Below, in pieces: positions 1 to 14,377 of a DNA stretch of 64,000 nt. This DNA is from Auanema rhodensis. Lineage: Eukaryota > Animalia > Nematoda. The DNA lies in assembly GCA_964057225.1 (NCBI GenBank), contig OZ059899.1, positions 7,998,001 through 8,062,000 on the forward strand. The letters run 5' to 3'. A program made the position numbers and the translations under genes. The notes under the pieces are model-generated. The model searched no databases. It saw nothing but the letters and a program-made list of their open reading frames with translations, and had not been told where the DNA came from. How positions within the stretch are numbered: the stretch's first letter is position 1; every line of letters starts with the position of its first letter.

Positions 1-1340
1 GACGTCAGTCTTCTACAGCATGTCGTTCTCTCCTCTTCTTTCCTCTCCCCAATTCCAACTTTCCGGTTGTAATGTTTTCGCTGTCATCGTCAGTTTTTTC
101 ACTACAGCAACATAGACGATGACTACGGCTTCTGCTGTCTTGCTGCTACATGCGTCGACAGTTCCCCCCATCACCGTCATCAGTTGCTGGCAAGTTCCTC
201 AGACAAAGTTAGCATTATCGTTCGTTCACAAAATTTGAAAAAAGAATGAAGACACATCTTCTTTTTGTTTTCTTTTTTCCTGTCTATTGTTATGAGTTTT
301 GATAATTTGCATATTTCATTACTATACTATGAAGCTTCTTCTTGAAATTACTTTAACAAGGTAATTACTATAATTCTATTTCTTCTACTTATAAGTATTT
401 ATAATTCAATTGATTATATTAAACATATACTAATACTTTAACTATATTTTATGTTCAAAAAAAACTTTGAAAAAAATATAGAAATATAGTAATTTTCATA
501 AAAAAAATTATTATATTTATGTAAGAAAGTCGCATGAATGGCAGGTTTTTCAGTTGTCTATCGTTCTAGTTTTCTCGTTGATAGCCAGTAAAACAGGACT
601 ATCGTCGTGTCAAGTTGCATGTGTTAAAAAAGTTAGAAATAAATGACGACATCACACCTGATGATGATGATGATGATACAATATTCTGTTATCAAGTAGT
701 ATCATTAGAATTTTGTACCATTGCTAATAATTATAAATATAAACTCATTTGTTTTATTTTTTTTTTTTCAAAAAACAAAAATGCATATATTTTGGAAAGT
801 TCGCGAAGAATTCTGCCTTCTTTGATACTATCATTAAACAACTTGATCATTTTTCTTTAAATTTTCGTCACTTTCTCAGCAAAATTTCTATTAAAATACT
901 TTTTTTAGTTCATTCACCAATGTCTTAATTCAGAAAAAAATATTTTTTTCCCCAACATCATGTTTTCAAACTTGATTGAAGTATTATTTTCTTCTTCATA
1001 TGAATAAACTAAACCAAATTACGTACACAAAAACTGATAGCTCGAAATTTTTATGTCAAATTTGGACAAAAAAAATCAGAGTATGTCGTTGTGAATGTGG
1101 GGCGGAGAAGGACGGGACGACCTTTGTGTCAGCCGCACCACATACGGTCCGCTCGGGAATCCGACGACGTTAGACCTCTTGAAGTAGACGAGTCAGACTG
1201 TGTCGTTGTTGCTTGTGCTGCACATATAGTTCTCATAAACTCTATTTCCTTCATTTTTTAAAATTATAATTTTATAATATAAATAAATAAAAGTATAAGG
1301 TTTTATTAAATCTTTCATGTAGATTTAGAAGTTCAGAAAT

Positions 1341-3486
1341 TGACCTTCTATTCTGACCTTAGTCAATGACCAGTTCTACTACTTTCACCAGACCTCTATC
1401 CTTTATCCATAACCTCAACTGTATAAACATTCTGCTTTGACAATTGTTTTTTTCACTATTTTTCATATAATTTGTTTTTCTTTTATATGTTATCGTAATG
1501 ACATATTTCGTTGTCTTCATTATTAGGTTTTTTCTCGATTGTACTGTTAGGTTTGATGTTTCATGGTTTTCAAAGATTGATTCATGGCCAAACACTGTTT
1601 CAAACTTAAAAAACTACAGTTTTTGGGAATCTTAATCAATTCTCTTAAATGAAAAACCTCCTTGGTAATCGTCCTGCATTCTACATTTTCGTTTGAATTC
1701 TTTTGTGTTTTTTTCTGCCAAAAATTGCAAAATTTGACGTACTGCCTTGTGCCTTGAACCCAAACGTTCAATCACCACAGTAGAAAGCCTTTGATCGTCA
1801 TCAGAGATGAAGTGTCGGTAAGACGTACGAAGTAATGACTTCAACTTAACACATAGAATACTCTGTCTGGCTGTAGACTGTCTGTATGTAGAGTTGGTAG
1901 TGGTTTTCCGCGATGAATTTGGGTCATTTTGTCCAAGTTTACCTTGGCGCTAGCGCCTCATGGCACCGTCTGTTACTCGTTCGCGTCCGTCCAAGCGTTT
2001 TGGGGGGCGTCCCAGTAGATGTGTCCTCGGGCGGCCTTCTGACCTTATCTGGGTGGCCTAATATGGGTCGAATGGCACGAGAGACACGTTTTCAAATACG
2101 AAGTTAAGAAGGATACACATTAGTATTGTATAGACTAGACGGAGAGATAGAGAGAAAAAGAAAAGAAGGAAGAAAGAGGGTAAAAGGTCAGTTACACCAT
2201 AATGCCCTCAGGCGTATTGGATGTTATTGCAATTCAACCTTCACACACTTTTGTTGAATAGTGATTACTTTCCTTTAAGATGCAATTGTTCTTCTAAGTT
2301 CTGCTTTAAGAGAGCAAAAGAATTGAAAAGAAAGAAGAGAGAATCTAGGATATTTCAAAAATTTAAAAGTTTCGTGTATAGGCCCAATTACTAGTCCATT
2401 TACATTTTACTATATGCATATCATATATGGTTTAATCCATCTGTCTAACTACTAGAAATCCTGATGAATTAATGTTGTTGCTGTTAATGAGCGTCGGATG
2501 AGAGACAGCAACAGGGATAACAGAATCTGAAGGCCATCTAACTCTGATGTAAGTCTCATATCCTATCCGAGATATAGAATAATATCTTTAATGATGACCA
2601 TCATAACGAGTCAGTGAATTTCTGTCATTCTCTCTGAAGCTCTTAAATGTAACAATAAACGATGGTAGTTTGTTAGAATACTGTCTCATCATTTTTCATG
2701 AGCATTGTGTCCATCAGCAACGTCATCAGCATTGTCAACGATGTCCTAGTCTCAATACGCTGTTGTGTCATCAACTTCGCTCATTGTCCTCATTTGTCCT
2801 CAACCGTGCCAGTTCGTCTGTAGTAGTACCATCTCGATCAGTTACAAAGCAGTGGAAATCAACGACGATGTTTAGACCTTCAGATGCACACGCAAATTGA
2901 CGTTGTTATAGATATAGTCTACTTCATGAAAATGATTGAGACCAAAGAGAAGTGAGAGAGATAGATAAAACGATCGAGAGAGGGACACTGAGAGAGAAAA
3001 GAGGAAAAGGGTTCTCAGAGGAACAATTAATGTAGTTGCAGAGTAAGGTCACCATCTACTTGCTATGACCTTTCGGGGCGCCGGCGGCTGGTCCGATGCT
3101 TACCCTTACAACCATTATCTGCGTTGCAAACCTACCGTGACACCCTTTCTTCCTCATGCTTTTGCACTTCCGATTATAGCATAGATAGTTACTGCAAGTA
3201 TTTGTAGTTCTTTGCAGTTTCACCAATTTGCCTTGTGCTTCATTACAATTCAGACGTCTTTTCTCTCTTGGCCACAATCACCTGAGATTCCCAGAATTAA
3301 GATTTGAATACTGTTAATATCTCATGAGGAAACAGTTGTGTTGGAGTAATGTCAACCATTCTCAAATCATTTTTACTAGTTAAATCATCATCTGTTACCA
3401 CGTTTTCATCATCATCGTAGTCAAACGATTCAATTTTGACCTTGATAATTGAAATGTACAAACATCGGAGTAGCTGACTATGACCT
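1341..3486. promoter_or_regulatory. Cluster of nuclear-receptor half-sites (AGGTCA/TGACCT) in the presumed upstream intron of the NR6A gene
   Basis: Perfect half-sites at 1341, 1354, 2040, 2185, 3046, 3066, 3437, 3481. RORE-type AATTTGGGTCA at 1916-1926. TCAAGGTCA on minus strand at 3437-3445. Confidence 0.5.
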
Positions 3487-6359
3487 CCCTTCTAACCCAC
3501 AATATACACATACATCAATTTAACTCTACTCTGTTCTCTTCTTCTTCATCTTCGTTTTCATCATCGTCGTTCTTTCCCTTCTTTCTATTCTCTCCTTTTC
3601 CTTCAAACATTATCCTCTCCTCTCTTCTCCTTTACTCACCCGACTAACTTGGAGCAGATGTTTCCATCTTCAATCTGTGGCTCTTTAGCGTTGTCCTCTT
3701 TGAAAACAACGTTTAACTAAGCTAAACATGATATCTCCTTATTTTTTTGTCTTCAGTTATCTTCATACTATATAATTTACAAAATATCTTTTTTAAAATA
3801 TATTTTTATGATTTCAAATTTCTTGATAACATTATCAAAACAGTTGCTAGACATGTACTTGTCTCTCGTTCTTTTATTTTGAATGCTCTAATTAGTTTAT
3901 TAATATCATAATTTGATTTTAATAGTAGACTGGAAAAACTGCTTTTCTCGTCTCTTACCTCACAATCACCTTCATCTATTTATAGAAAAAGTAAAATTAG
4001 AGTTTAATCTGACAAATAAGATATTTCTCTTGAAATATAATTAAATATTTGGAAATTCAAAACATTTCTGAAATATATGAAGACAGATACTTGGTATGAA
4101 GAATGGTGTCAAGGAAGCATGATTGAACAATCATTTAACGCTCCAAATTTGACTATTTTTCACGCTTTATAATCATGAATTTGAGCAAATCATTGTCATT
4201 ACCAGCTGATTAAATAAGTTATTAAGAAATGTATATTAATCAACATTCAGAGAAATTTATTTTACCAAATTGTTCGTTCTTTATATAAACTATATTATAT
4301 TCCTAACAATATTTTTCAAATCATTTTAATTATATCCCTGAAGATTTAAATTTCAACAACAATTAGAAAGATTTATCTTTTCATATTGTTCTACGTCATT
4401 TTCAATATGAAAATATGAATATCTGCTTCGGTTCGCTGATAAATATTCGACCAGCTTTAGCACCTACGTTCATTTTATTTCAAAAAAAAAGTTATGAAAA
4501 ACCATTTTCAAAACTTTTTTTTCAAAGAACATGAATGCTTTCTCTTTATGATTTCAAATATTTCTATGTATTACAGTCATCAAAAACGTTCCGGATCATT
4601 ATGTATCCATTTGCCTTCTGTTAAACAAATCTTTTCCTTTTTTTTTCAAATTTCATATAAATTCTTTTTTTAGTTTTATCTTAAACACATGAAATAAGAA
4701 GAATATTATATATTATATGAATTATCATATTAATACTATATATTATATATATGAAATCATGTCCTTGAATAGAAATAGCAGATGCTCCAATCATTACTAC
4801 TTTCATTTCGCTATTATCAATTTTTCAATTTTTGCTGTTTCTTTGTCACATTTACATATTTATATTTATTTATTTATATTTTGTAAACAGCAATAATCTT
4901 TTATCATTCATTATAATTTTCATCAATTATATTCTGATTCTTATCTACTAATTTCTAAATCATGGAGTGAGCGATTGTTAGAAAAATAATTTTTTCTCTC
5001 AATTTGTGTTGAAAAAAATTTTTTTTTTCTCGCAATAACATAGCCATTTCACTTCCATTTCTCTACGAAAAAAATCTTATTTGTCAAAACATCTTTTTGA
5101 ACCAAATAGCCTTCCGTTTTTGGCATTATCGCCATACAGTTCACGGTCACCATCTAGCAGCTGTTACTGTCTGTCTTATAAGAAGATTTGTGGAGACGAT
5201 GGTTGGTCTAGAACACAGACCGCAATCACGGCGGTTAATTTAAATTTTCGAAACCGATTTTCCGGACACAGTTTGCCACGACCTCGACGTAACGACGATA
5301 ATGTATCTACGAGAATTCACAATGATGTCGTGTGGCACGCAATAATACATGCGCTTCAGTATGTTGATGACAAACTTACCATGATGCGTTGATAATTGGT
5401 AGTTTAAAGCATATTTCCTTAACTTTTTGAATTACAAATGTCTTAGACTGTTAGCTCTTTTCTTTTCTCTTACTTCTGTCTCTTTTTCTCTCTTTCTTTC
5501 TCCTTCCCCCCCCCCCTCTCTCTCTCTTATGCTTATTCTTCACATTACTCTCTTTTCCTCATAATCTTATCTTATTAAAGCTTTTCATAATACATCTGAT
5601 TGTTCTCATTAATTATTTCATAAATTTGTTTTTAAATTCAAATTAATTGCGTTCATATGTACTGAATATCCATTTCAAGTGGAAATGTATTCAGACTCTA
5701 CATATTTCTGTATCCATAAAATTAAAAATGGATATATGTATTCATATTTTAAAACTACAACTATGTTCTATTGTTTACATTTTCATTTATATAAATTTAA
5801 CTCAAAAAAAAAAAAAAAGAAAAATAAAAAAAATAGAAAATGAGAGTTTGCGATTCAAATTTATTTTCACTATGATTAATAATTACTATTTTAGTCAGAT
5901 ACTTATATGCTTATTCTCTTTTTCATATCCTTTCCTATATATATCTTTCCTTCTTTTTGATCCTCACTCTTTCCTTTTTCCTCAATCTCTCATCAAAACC
6001 CTCATTTTTCTACTTTCATTCATTTTTCTTTTAATTTACTCTCATTGAATTGAAACATAAATGCTGTATTTTAATTTAAAATATATAAATATATATACAT
6101 TTATCTACATAATTAGAATTTATCACATATTTGTTTGTATATTATATAATATAGTTAAGGAAAAATATAACAATTGCCATTTATTTTAATAATCCAAGGA
6201 ATATTGGAAGCTTTCTTATTATTTTTGTTAACTTTTCCTACATTAAACAGCAAAAACATATAGCAAGCTTTTCGTCCTCCTGCTCATCCTACTCTTCATC
6301 TACCTCCTCCTCCTACTCCTTATTTGTCTCATTCATTCTAATTCATATCCTATCTTCTC

Positions 6360-6390
<31 letters not shown>

Positions 6391-6841
6391 CCTCTATCTC
6401 CCTCTATCTATTTCTCTTTCTCTCTCTTTTCTGGAGGCTACAAGCTCAACTGATACTATTCATGAATGGATAGACGAATCAGCTCATATGGACCATATGA
6501 TAAACAAAATCTTAACAAACACCTTTTATTATTAGCTTTGACAACAAAATCATTTTCACCTGCCTACTAATGTCATTTCTCTATCCATTATTATGCATAT
6601 TATTACAACTTTTTTATATATTTTTTGGAATTTTTTCTTTTTTTTTCCCTCAAAAATAATCAACAGATATTATTGAGTTGTTTTATAGTCCAGCATGCTT
6701 TTCCTCATTCTCAATTATTTTTCCTCATACACATATACTTAAAACGATCTCAATTTTTATTTTTTTTTCTGTATTTTTCTTTCAAACCTTTTCATTTTTA
6801 TCATAAAAATCATTTTAATAATATTATTTTATTTTTTTAAG

Positions 6842-7841
6842 GTGTAAAGGCTTCTTCAAGCGAACAGTTCAAAACAAACGAATTTACGTTTGTGTGGGTG
6901 GACGAACTAATTGTCCTATGACCAAAGAGCACAGAAATAGGTTCGTTTCTCCTACAAAATGTATCTATTCAGATAAATTTCCTTTTGTGCTGATTTCCTA
7001 TTACATTTTCATTATTTGAGCAATATTACTAGTATTCCTTTTTTGTGCTTTTTGCAAAATTCAAATTTCATCGCCAAATATGAAAATTAAAAATTTTATG
7101 CGGAAAATTCAAGCAGTTTTTTACTGTGCCATTTCCGACTTTATAATAATTTTTTTTTCGTTTTATAACGTTTTTGCTATATTTTGTCGTGAAGAGAGAA
7201 CGAGATAAAGATAGATTGAGAATAAAGGGAGAGATGAATTTTACTAAATAATCAACACGAAGAAAATCAGCCAATTTTGAACATATAAATATCTAAAAAT
7301 AATATTTTTATTTGAATAAAAAAAAACTTTACGTAATATTGAAGTTATAATAATCTATTAAGAACATATACATATCTACAGTTTAATATATTTATAATTT
7401 AAATAAACTAAAATAAATTTATATATGTATATGTATTATACTATTGATTAATTAATATAAATATATAATAATTTTTAAATATAGTTAATATATAGTTTAA
7501 ATATACTTACATACTTATTTTCAGGTGTCAGTATTGCCGTTTTCAAAAGTGTTTACAACAAGGAATGGTTTTAGAAGGTATAACTTTGAATATATTTTAA
7601 AAATAGTTTTCATCTTTCTTTTTATTTTTTTATCATAAAATCTATTTTTTCCTAATAGTTGAATTTTGAATGAATTAGACAGCTTGTATTCAATCATACA
7701 TTTATCTTGTATACAAGTGAAAAAAAGATTTATTTGTTGTTTTTGTTTTGTACAAAAATATCAGGTAGATATAAAGAATAAAAAAAGGAAATAGTAAAAT
7801 ATGTGAAAAGAATGAAAGATAATGAGAGAGTGAGTGTGATG

Positions 7842-7886
<45 letters not shown>

Positions 7887-9843
7887 TGTATATATGAAAA
7901 AAAGAGAACGATAACGTTAATCTTTTTTTGAGAAAAATAGCTAGAGTAAGAGAAAAAAGTAAAAGCAGAAGCAGAGAGGCGAAGCTGAAAATCAAATGAT
8001 AATATAGAACAAGACATATCGTTTGGAAGCATAATTTGAAGTATATGTCTGTTTACAGGAGGGAACAGATCTCCCTTGACAACGTCATACGGCTTTCCTT
8101 TCTTTGACAATGTTTTGATTTTTTTTTTAATTTTGAAAGAAATAAAGATAAAAGGGAAGAAAAGATAGGCATAAGAATAAGAAAGTTAAAGAGAGCTAAT
8201 CAGCTGTGAATATATGAAAAAATGGAGAAAATAATAAAAAATATATTAAACTATAAAAGTTTTTCTGTATTAATAAAATATTTGAAAATATGAAAAATAA
8301 TTTCTTGAATAAAACACTGTAAAACTTAATAAGAATTATTTTTAAAAATTTTGTTTAAAAATTATATAAATATTTACTTTATTTCTTTTTTTCTTTTAGC
8401 TGTTCGTGAAGATCGAATGCCTGGTGGACGTAATGGCAGTTCAATTTATAACATCTATAAGGTTATTATAATTTTAATATATTTTATAAATAACTAACTA
8501 TAAAAAATGAATATTATAAAAATAACTTTAAAAATTTCAGCAACGTCAACGTAAGGGGAGACGATGTGATGATCGTGATCTGGACTGCTCACCTTTAAGC
8601 TCATCTCCTTCTGATGAGCTATCAATTAAAAGAATTTGTGATCGTGAATCTTCTATTGTTACAAAGAAAAATATGATTCAAGTAAGATAACCTTAAAAAA
8701 TGATTTCCATCATTCCAATTATTTCATAGGACTTGATAGAAATTGACCGGATAGACAAGTTGATAAATTTACGAGGATTACGGGTTCTTCCTTTACAAGA
8801 TGAGGAATTAGCTCCTGCATGTCAACGGCTTAGTAGGATTGGTTAGTAAATTTCTTTATTTTATTTTCCTTTTTGCATTAGGGAATTCTGTATTTTTCTG
8901 TTATTTTCGGTAATAATATGTAAGAAGAAAGACTAATTTTTTGATTTGCAGGAGATGAAATAGTTGAGCAACTTGTTGAATGGACGAAGCTTCTACCATT
9001 CTATCCAGAGTTACCTGTTGAAGTTCATACACATCTTTTAACTCAAAGATGGGCTGAACTTGTACTTCTATCAGCTTGTTTCTATGCTTGTTCAGTCATG
9101 AACTCGAGCGAAGATTCTGATGTATCAACTACAACTATTGATGGTCATGATGAGGTAAACTCACGACACCGTCATATAGATGCTAATCACATCAATGATT
9201 TCAGGTTTCGTTCAGTGATTATCATGTTAATATGAGTCTCTTACAATCACGTCTATCAGCAGTTATGGGAAAATCTATACCACTTGAACATGTTGTCAAG
9301 TAAGTTCTAAAAGAAATATTGAATTGTTATCAAATTAATTTTTTTTTCTAGAGAAGCTGGCTTATTGGTAGAAAAATTCACAAATCTTTTACATTCTTTT
9401 TCAAAAATGAAAATAAGTGCTGAAGCATATGTTTGTATTAAGGCTATAACTTTACTTCATTATAATACATCACCAGGTATTTTAATTTTTTAATTTATTT
9501 GTTACTATTATTTGTTTTAATTTTAGAAGCTGTTGATAATAATAATCATGTAAAAGATGCTCATATTAGAAAAGTTACACATATTCAAGATCAATTTGTT
9601 AAAGCATTACAAATTCATCTAACACAATGTACATCATCAGCAAGACTCAGTGATATTCTTCAATGGTAATTATATCTTTTAACTTTATAGTTTCATTATA
9701 TCTTAATATCTTATAGGCTTCCACAACTACACTCTGCTTCATCAGTTCTTCTGCATTCTAAGATGTTCTACGTACCATTCCTTATTTGCAAAAATCCTCG
9801 TCGATTTGCTGGACAAGAAGCTGATGATACTGATACTGAATAG
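6842..9843 (+). CDS. nhr-91: Nuclear hormone receptor, NR6A (GCNF/HR4) class; 5'-incomplete, first zinc-finger exon not in window
   Basis: Exons 6842-6940, 7525-7577, 8400-8461, 8541-8681, 8730-8841, 8952-9154, 9205-9299, 9352-9476, 9527-9665, 9717-9843 splice in frame via GT-AG. They give GCKGFFKRTVQNKRIYVC...RNRCQYCRFQKCLQQGM, the T-box AVREDRMPGGRN, LBD IGDEIVEQLVEWTKLLPFYPELPVEVHTHLLTQRWAELVLL and C-terminal SKMFYVPFL, all typical of HR4/GCNF. Stop TAG 9841-9843. Confidence 0.9.
7844..7884. repeat. (AG)n microsatellite
   Basis: Uninterrupted AG dinucleotide run within an nhr intron. Confidence 0.95.
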
Positions 9844-12800
9844 ATCATCGATTCGGCATAATACAATAAGATAATCGTTATTTGATTATATTTTTCATTT
9901 GGATTTTAGTGATAGCATTCTTTATTTTATATTTAATCTTATATTTCTTCATACATTTCGCTGTCATTATCTTTCAATATTTCTTATTTTCTTGTTTATT
10001 TGTTTTATTTTCTTATTTTACATTTTATTTTATTACAATTCTAGCATCTTACTTTCACATACCAATTTTCTATTTATCTCTTTTCCATGTATTCGGTTTC
10101 CAAATCCTTAATCTTCATTTCGCTTTTTGTCTTCTATGTCTCATCCATCCACTACCTTTTCCTCCAAATCTGTTGTCACCTGCATCAGGATTTTCAAACC
10201 ATCTTCTTTCGTGCCCTGATACGATAATAGCAGTGTCATATACTAGATAGACATCTTGAAAACTTAGTATACTTGTGAATCAGACTGAAACATTTTCAAC
10301 CTATTCTCTATATAACTCATATTCTAAAATTTATTTTTTCGGATCTAATTCATGTTTAACATCGTTCTTTCATTTCATTATCCGTTCTTCCAAAACTGAA
10401 CCTGCTTTACCAGCAAAATTTTATTGTATTTTTATATTTTTTCCAAAACGGACGGGTAGTCTGCAATAATTATTTTATAATTCTCTTCCTTTTTATTAAT
10501 GAATTTTAAGAAACATAATGAAAACATTCTGGATAAACGATATTTTACTTTATTTTATTTTTATTTTTAACAAAAACTCAAATATACATATACGAAATTA
10601 ATATGAAAAAGTTACATAATTTAACAACATATTATGTACATATCAATACATTTTTATAATTTCATTATAACATGTTTGGAAGGAGATTCAGCTTCCTCTA
10701 CCTCGCCTGCAAAACTATTGTAGCTTTTACAGCATTTTTAAATGAAAGAAAGATTAAAGCAAAAGTTCAAGAATTCATAATACAATCCATATATTGGATA
10801 AACGTTAAAGACGAGCTCACAGATATACAGAGCTGGCAACAATTGTTGTTCAGTGGACAACGAGTCCCCTTTCGGTTAGTAGAAAAGAAGAACTGGCTTT
10901 GATTTTAATTGAATAGACTTTGTTTCAACGCTATGTCGTCATTCTAATTGCTCATCTACATAGTAGGAAACGACATTGATAAAGAGAAAGGGGGGGGGGG
11001 AGAGAGTTCGATTAAGATGATCTGAATGGCATGGGAAGTAAGAGAGAATGAGATAATATACGTATACAAGTAGTACTAAAACAGGAGAATAGGATATGAA
11101 AATCAGAAAGAATTTAAAGATTTCATGTATGCATCTATCTGATTTTATGCTTTCAATCACTATTATCAGATAAACGATTTGATATGAAGATAACTTTTCA
11201 AACCAAAAACTATTCTTACACTCAAAAATTTCAAAATTACAAAAAAAATAAAGAGAACTATTTCGTTTATCTATTAGATTGCAATAGTACATGAAGCCCT
11301 TTAAGACCTGAGTATCAAGTGATTACAATTCTGGTTGCTAATACATCGGCAAAAAGGTTGAAAGCCTGACGATCGTTCCCCCCAGGGAGAAGTAGCTGTG
11401 AACCTTCTGTCTGCTCATCACACCCGGATTCTTTATTCTCTTTTTAGTTTGCTAGACCTCATTCCGATGTTCAACATGATATTTTTGTTTATATACATAC
11501 ATAGATTGGTTTGTTCGTTGACATGATTCCTTTAATGCTCTTAATGTTACAAAAATTGTTCACATTTTTTTTAAATTAAAAAAAAATTAAAAACGTTCTT
11601 GTATATATAAAATATTTTTTGAGTTAAGCTTTAAAATATGGCTAAAAACACACTTTCCCATACTTTTTTGCAGCAATATTATATGAATTTTCCCATAATA
11701 TCAGTGAGAAGTCTTTACATTTTTCTTGAAATTGAACTTCTTTAAAGATTTTTCTATAAATATACTGAAATCGTTTCGATAGAACCTTTGATCAATCTCA
11801 TGTCATTTATGGCTACCATCATCTTTTAGCTTCTATTGATGCCCCTGAGTGGTCGTTGTGTTGAAGCCTTCACTTTTTGCTCTTCAGCTTTCACATCGGT
11901 CATTGACTTCAGTACATCATTCAAATGCTCAAATATTCCATTTAACTTTATGTTTTTCACCTTTCCGTTCATTTTATTTTTTTTCAAAGTTTCATCTTAT
12001 TTTTCATTTAAGAATAACTAGAACTTCAAAACTGTTTACCGGGAAAATGAGTAAATGAAGTATGTTAATCTACTATAATTATATTTTCCATCATCTTATA
12101 ATGTTCTTTATACTCAACATTCTTCAAAAAGCTGAAAGCCTTACTTCTTTAGTTAAGATCAAATATCTTTGTCAGATCTGAAACATTTCAAAGTTTTTAT
12201 TTTAAAAATATAATATTTTTATTTTGTTAAGATAAATAACAATTCAATTTTATATTTGCATTAGAAAAAAATGATTTTGAACTATTTATTGATTATTCTC
12301 TCATTTTATTATAACTTAAAGGTTTTTTAATATTTTATAAATTTAAAATAAAAAATTCAAAATTAATATAACTAAAAGCATTTTAAGTTAAGTGGTTTTC
12401 CTTATGTTACAATAATATATTAAAATGAAAACGTTAAATATTCATTTTTTTTAGAAAAACGCTTATGCTGAAATTGATTTCAGTTTAAATTCATGTATAC
12501 ATATTAAACTAAAAAATTTCTTTTTTGAGCATTTCCAATAAGTCATTCAGCTTTTGGAAAATTCTGATATTCACTCATGTTACTTTCCTTACATATTTTT
12601 CTTTCAAAAATCTTAATAAGATTATTGGTTGAACATGAAAACTATGCTTAAAGAGGACAAGATGACAAAACGACAATATATTCAAGCTCGGCTATTGAGC
12701 TAAAACAATAATGCTTAATAACGAGTGAGAAGAATCCGTCTCAACATACTCTGATGGCATATCTTGAAAACGCCCATTTACGTGTATTTTAATTACAACT

Positions 12801-14377
12801 TGATTTTTCTCAACAAAAAATCTCAAAATACGTTCTCAGATCCGGAAGAGGTTTTGGTCGTCGTATCTCGTTTTCATTGATCAGATAGAGCTTTAGCGTC
12901 TTTGATTGTGCTTGATGAAAATCTAACCAATCTCATCTATTTCTCTTGTCCATCTTCCTTTTTATTGAAATCAACAATCGCCATAACATCACGTTAGTTC
13001 ATTTTCTAAATTTCAAGATTATCGACTTAGCAAGTTAAATATTTCCCTGACAAGTAAGACTATTTGTATATTAAGCACATATTTTATAACAATTAATATT
13101 CATATATGTGAATTTATATCAAATTAAATATATTTTAATTTGTATAAAATTGAATTATTTTTATAATTATCAAATTTGTTGTTTTTTTCTTTATTTTTCA
13201 CAAATATATTGAAAAATGAATATTAATGAGTTTTGATTATAAGGCTTGCTAGTTAGTTCCAGCTGTTCAAACATCTCACAAATAAATAATTGTAAATTAG
13301 ATTTCACATTATCCCTCTTAATCTTTCGGCTATATTAGATATTTCTTTAAAAGGCTTTTGATATCTACTACCTAGATTCTAAGCGTATTAACGTCTGTTG
13401 TGTCTATAATGTGAATATTTGAGTTTTTTTAAAAAAAAATAATTTTTTTGCTTTATACATATTACTCAAATATTATGTATTACTCTAATTTATCAACCGT
13501 TTATCGTCTAAATCTCATAATAAATGACGTTTTCACGTAAAATATTACGTTGGTACGCTTTGTATTTATGTATTTTCTTATTCAATTCTCAACCATTTTA
13601 ATAATATTTCTATACTTTTAGTATATTTTATTATTTTATTATATTATATATTATATAAACAATTTATAATTATAGTATTCATTTATAAAAATTAATATAA
13701 TATATTTACATTCATTTCATGTTCTTCATATATACTTTTCTTCTTCATCATTTTTTTTTCATCCATCTCTTCCATAATCAATTTTTATATGACGTCAATC
13801 ACCAAGTTTTTCAAAACATATTAAATCATTTTGTTTTTATAATAATAATAATAATTTTCCATAAACATTTCGATATAAATGCTTATATAGTTTGGATTTT
13901 CGAATTGAGTAATACTGAAGCTGAATCTTAATTTAGTTTCGTAGTCTCACACCGGTTAACATCACTCATTCACATTCATTTTGATTTTTTTCCGGAAAGA
14001 TGTCGGAAGCAGTATAAGGGAAAAATTCTTAGATAACAAATTCTAAACAACTTCACTTACAATTTTTTTAAGATTCATCTGCTTAATCCATCGGTAAATC
14101 ACTTACAGCTTTTCCTTATATGCATATATCTAGTCAAATATATGCCACTTAGAACTTTCCTTTTAGCCAATTCTACTACTTTTTCACAGTTCATTCTATT
14201 TCATTTTTATTTTTTAAATGTTTCAAAGTATTCTCTAACTGAATTCATGAAGTAACATTAAGAAAAATTCTCAAAAAAAAAAACTAATGGGAAATATAAC
14301 TTTTGCCAAAAACCTATCAGATTTCTATATATCATATATTCTTTAATTCTACTTATACAAATCCATATACATTTTAT

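Noticed and set aside
5081-5392. ORF with KICGDDG as the missing first zinc finger of the NR6A gene
   Set aside because: No CxxC or HYG motif and no suitable donor; the true exon is probably upstream of the window.
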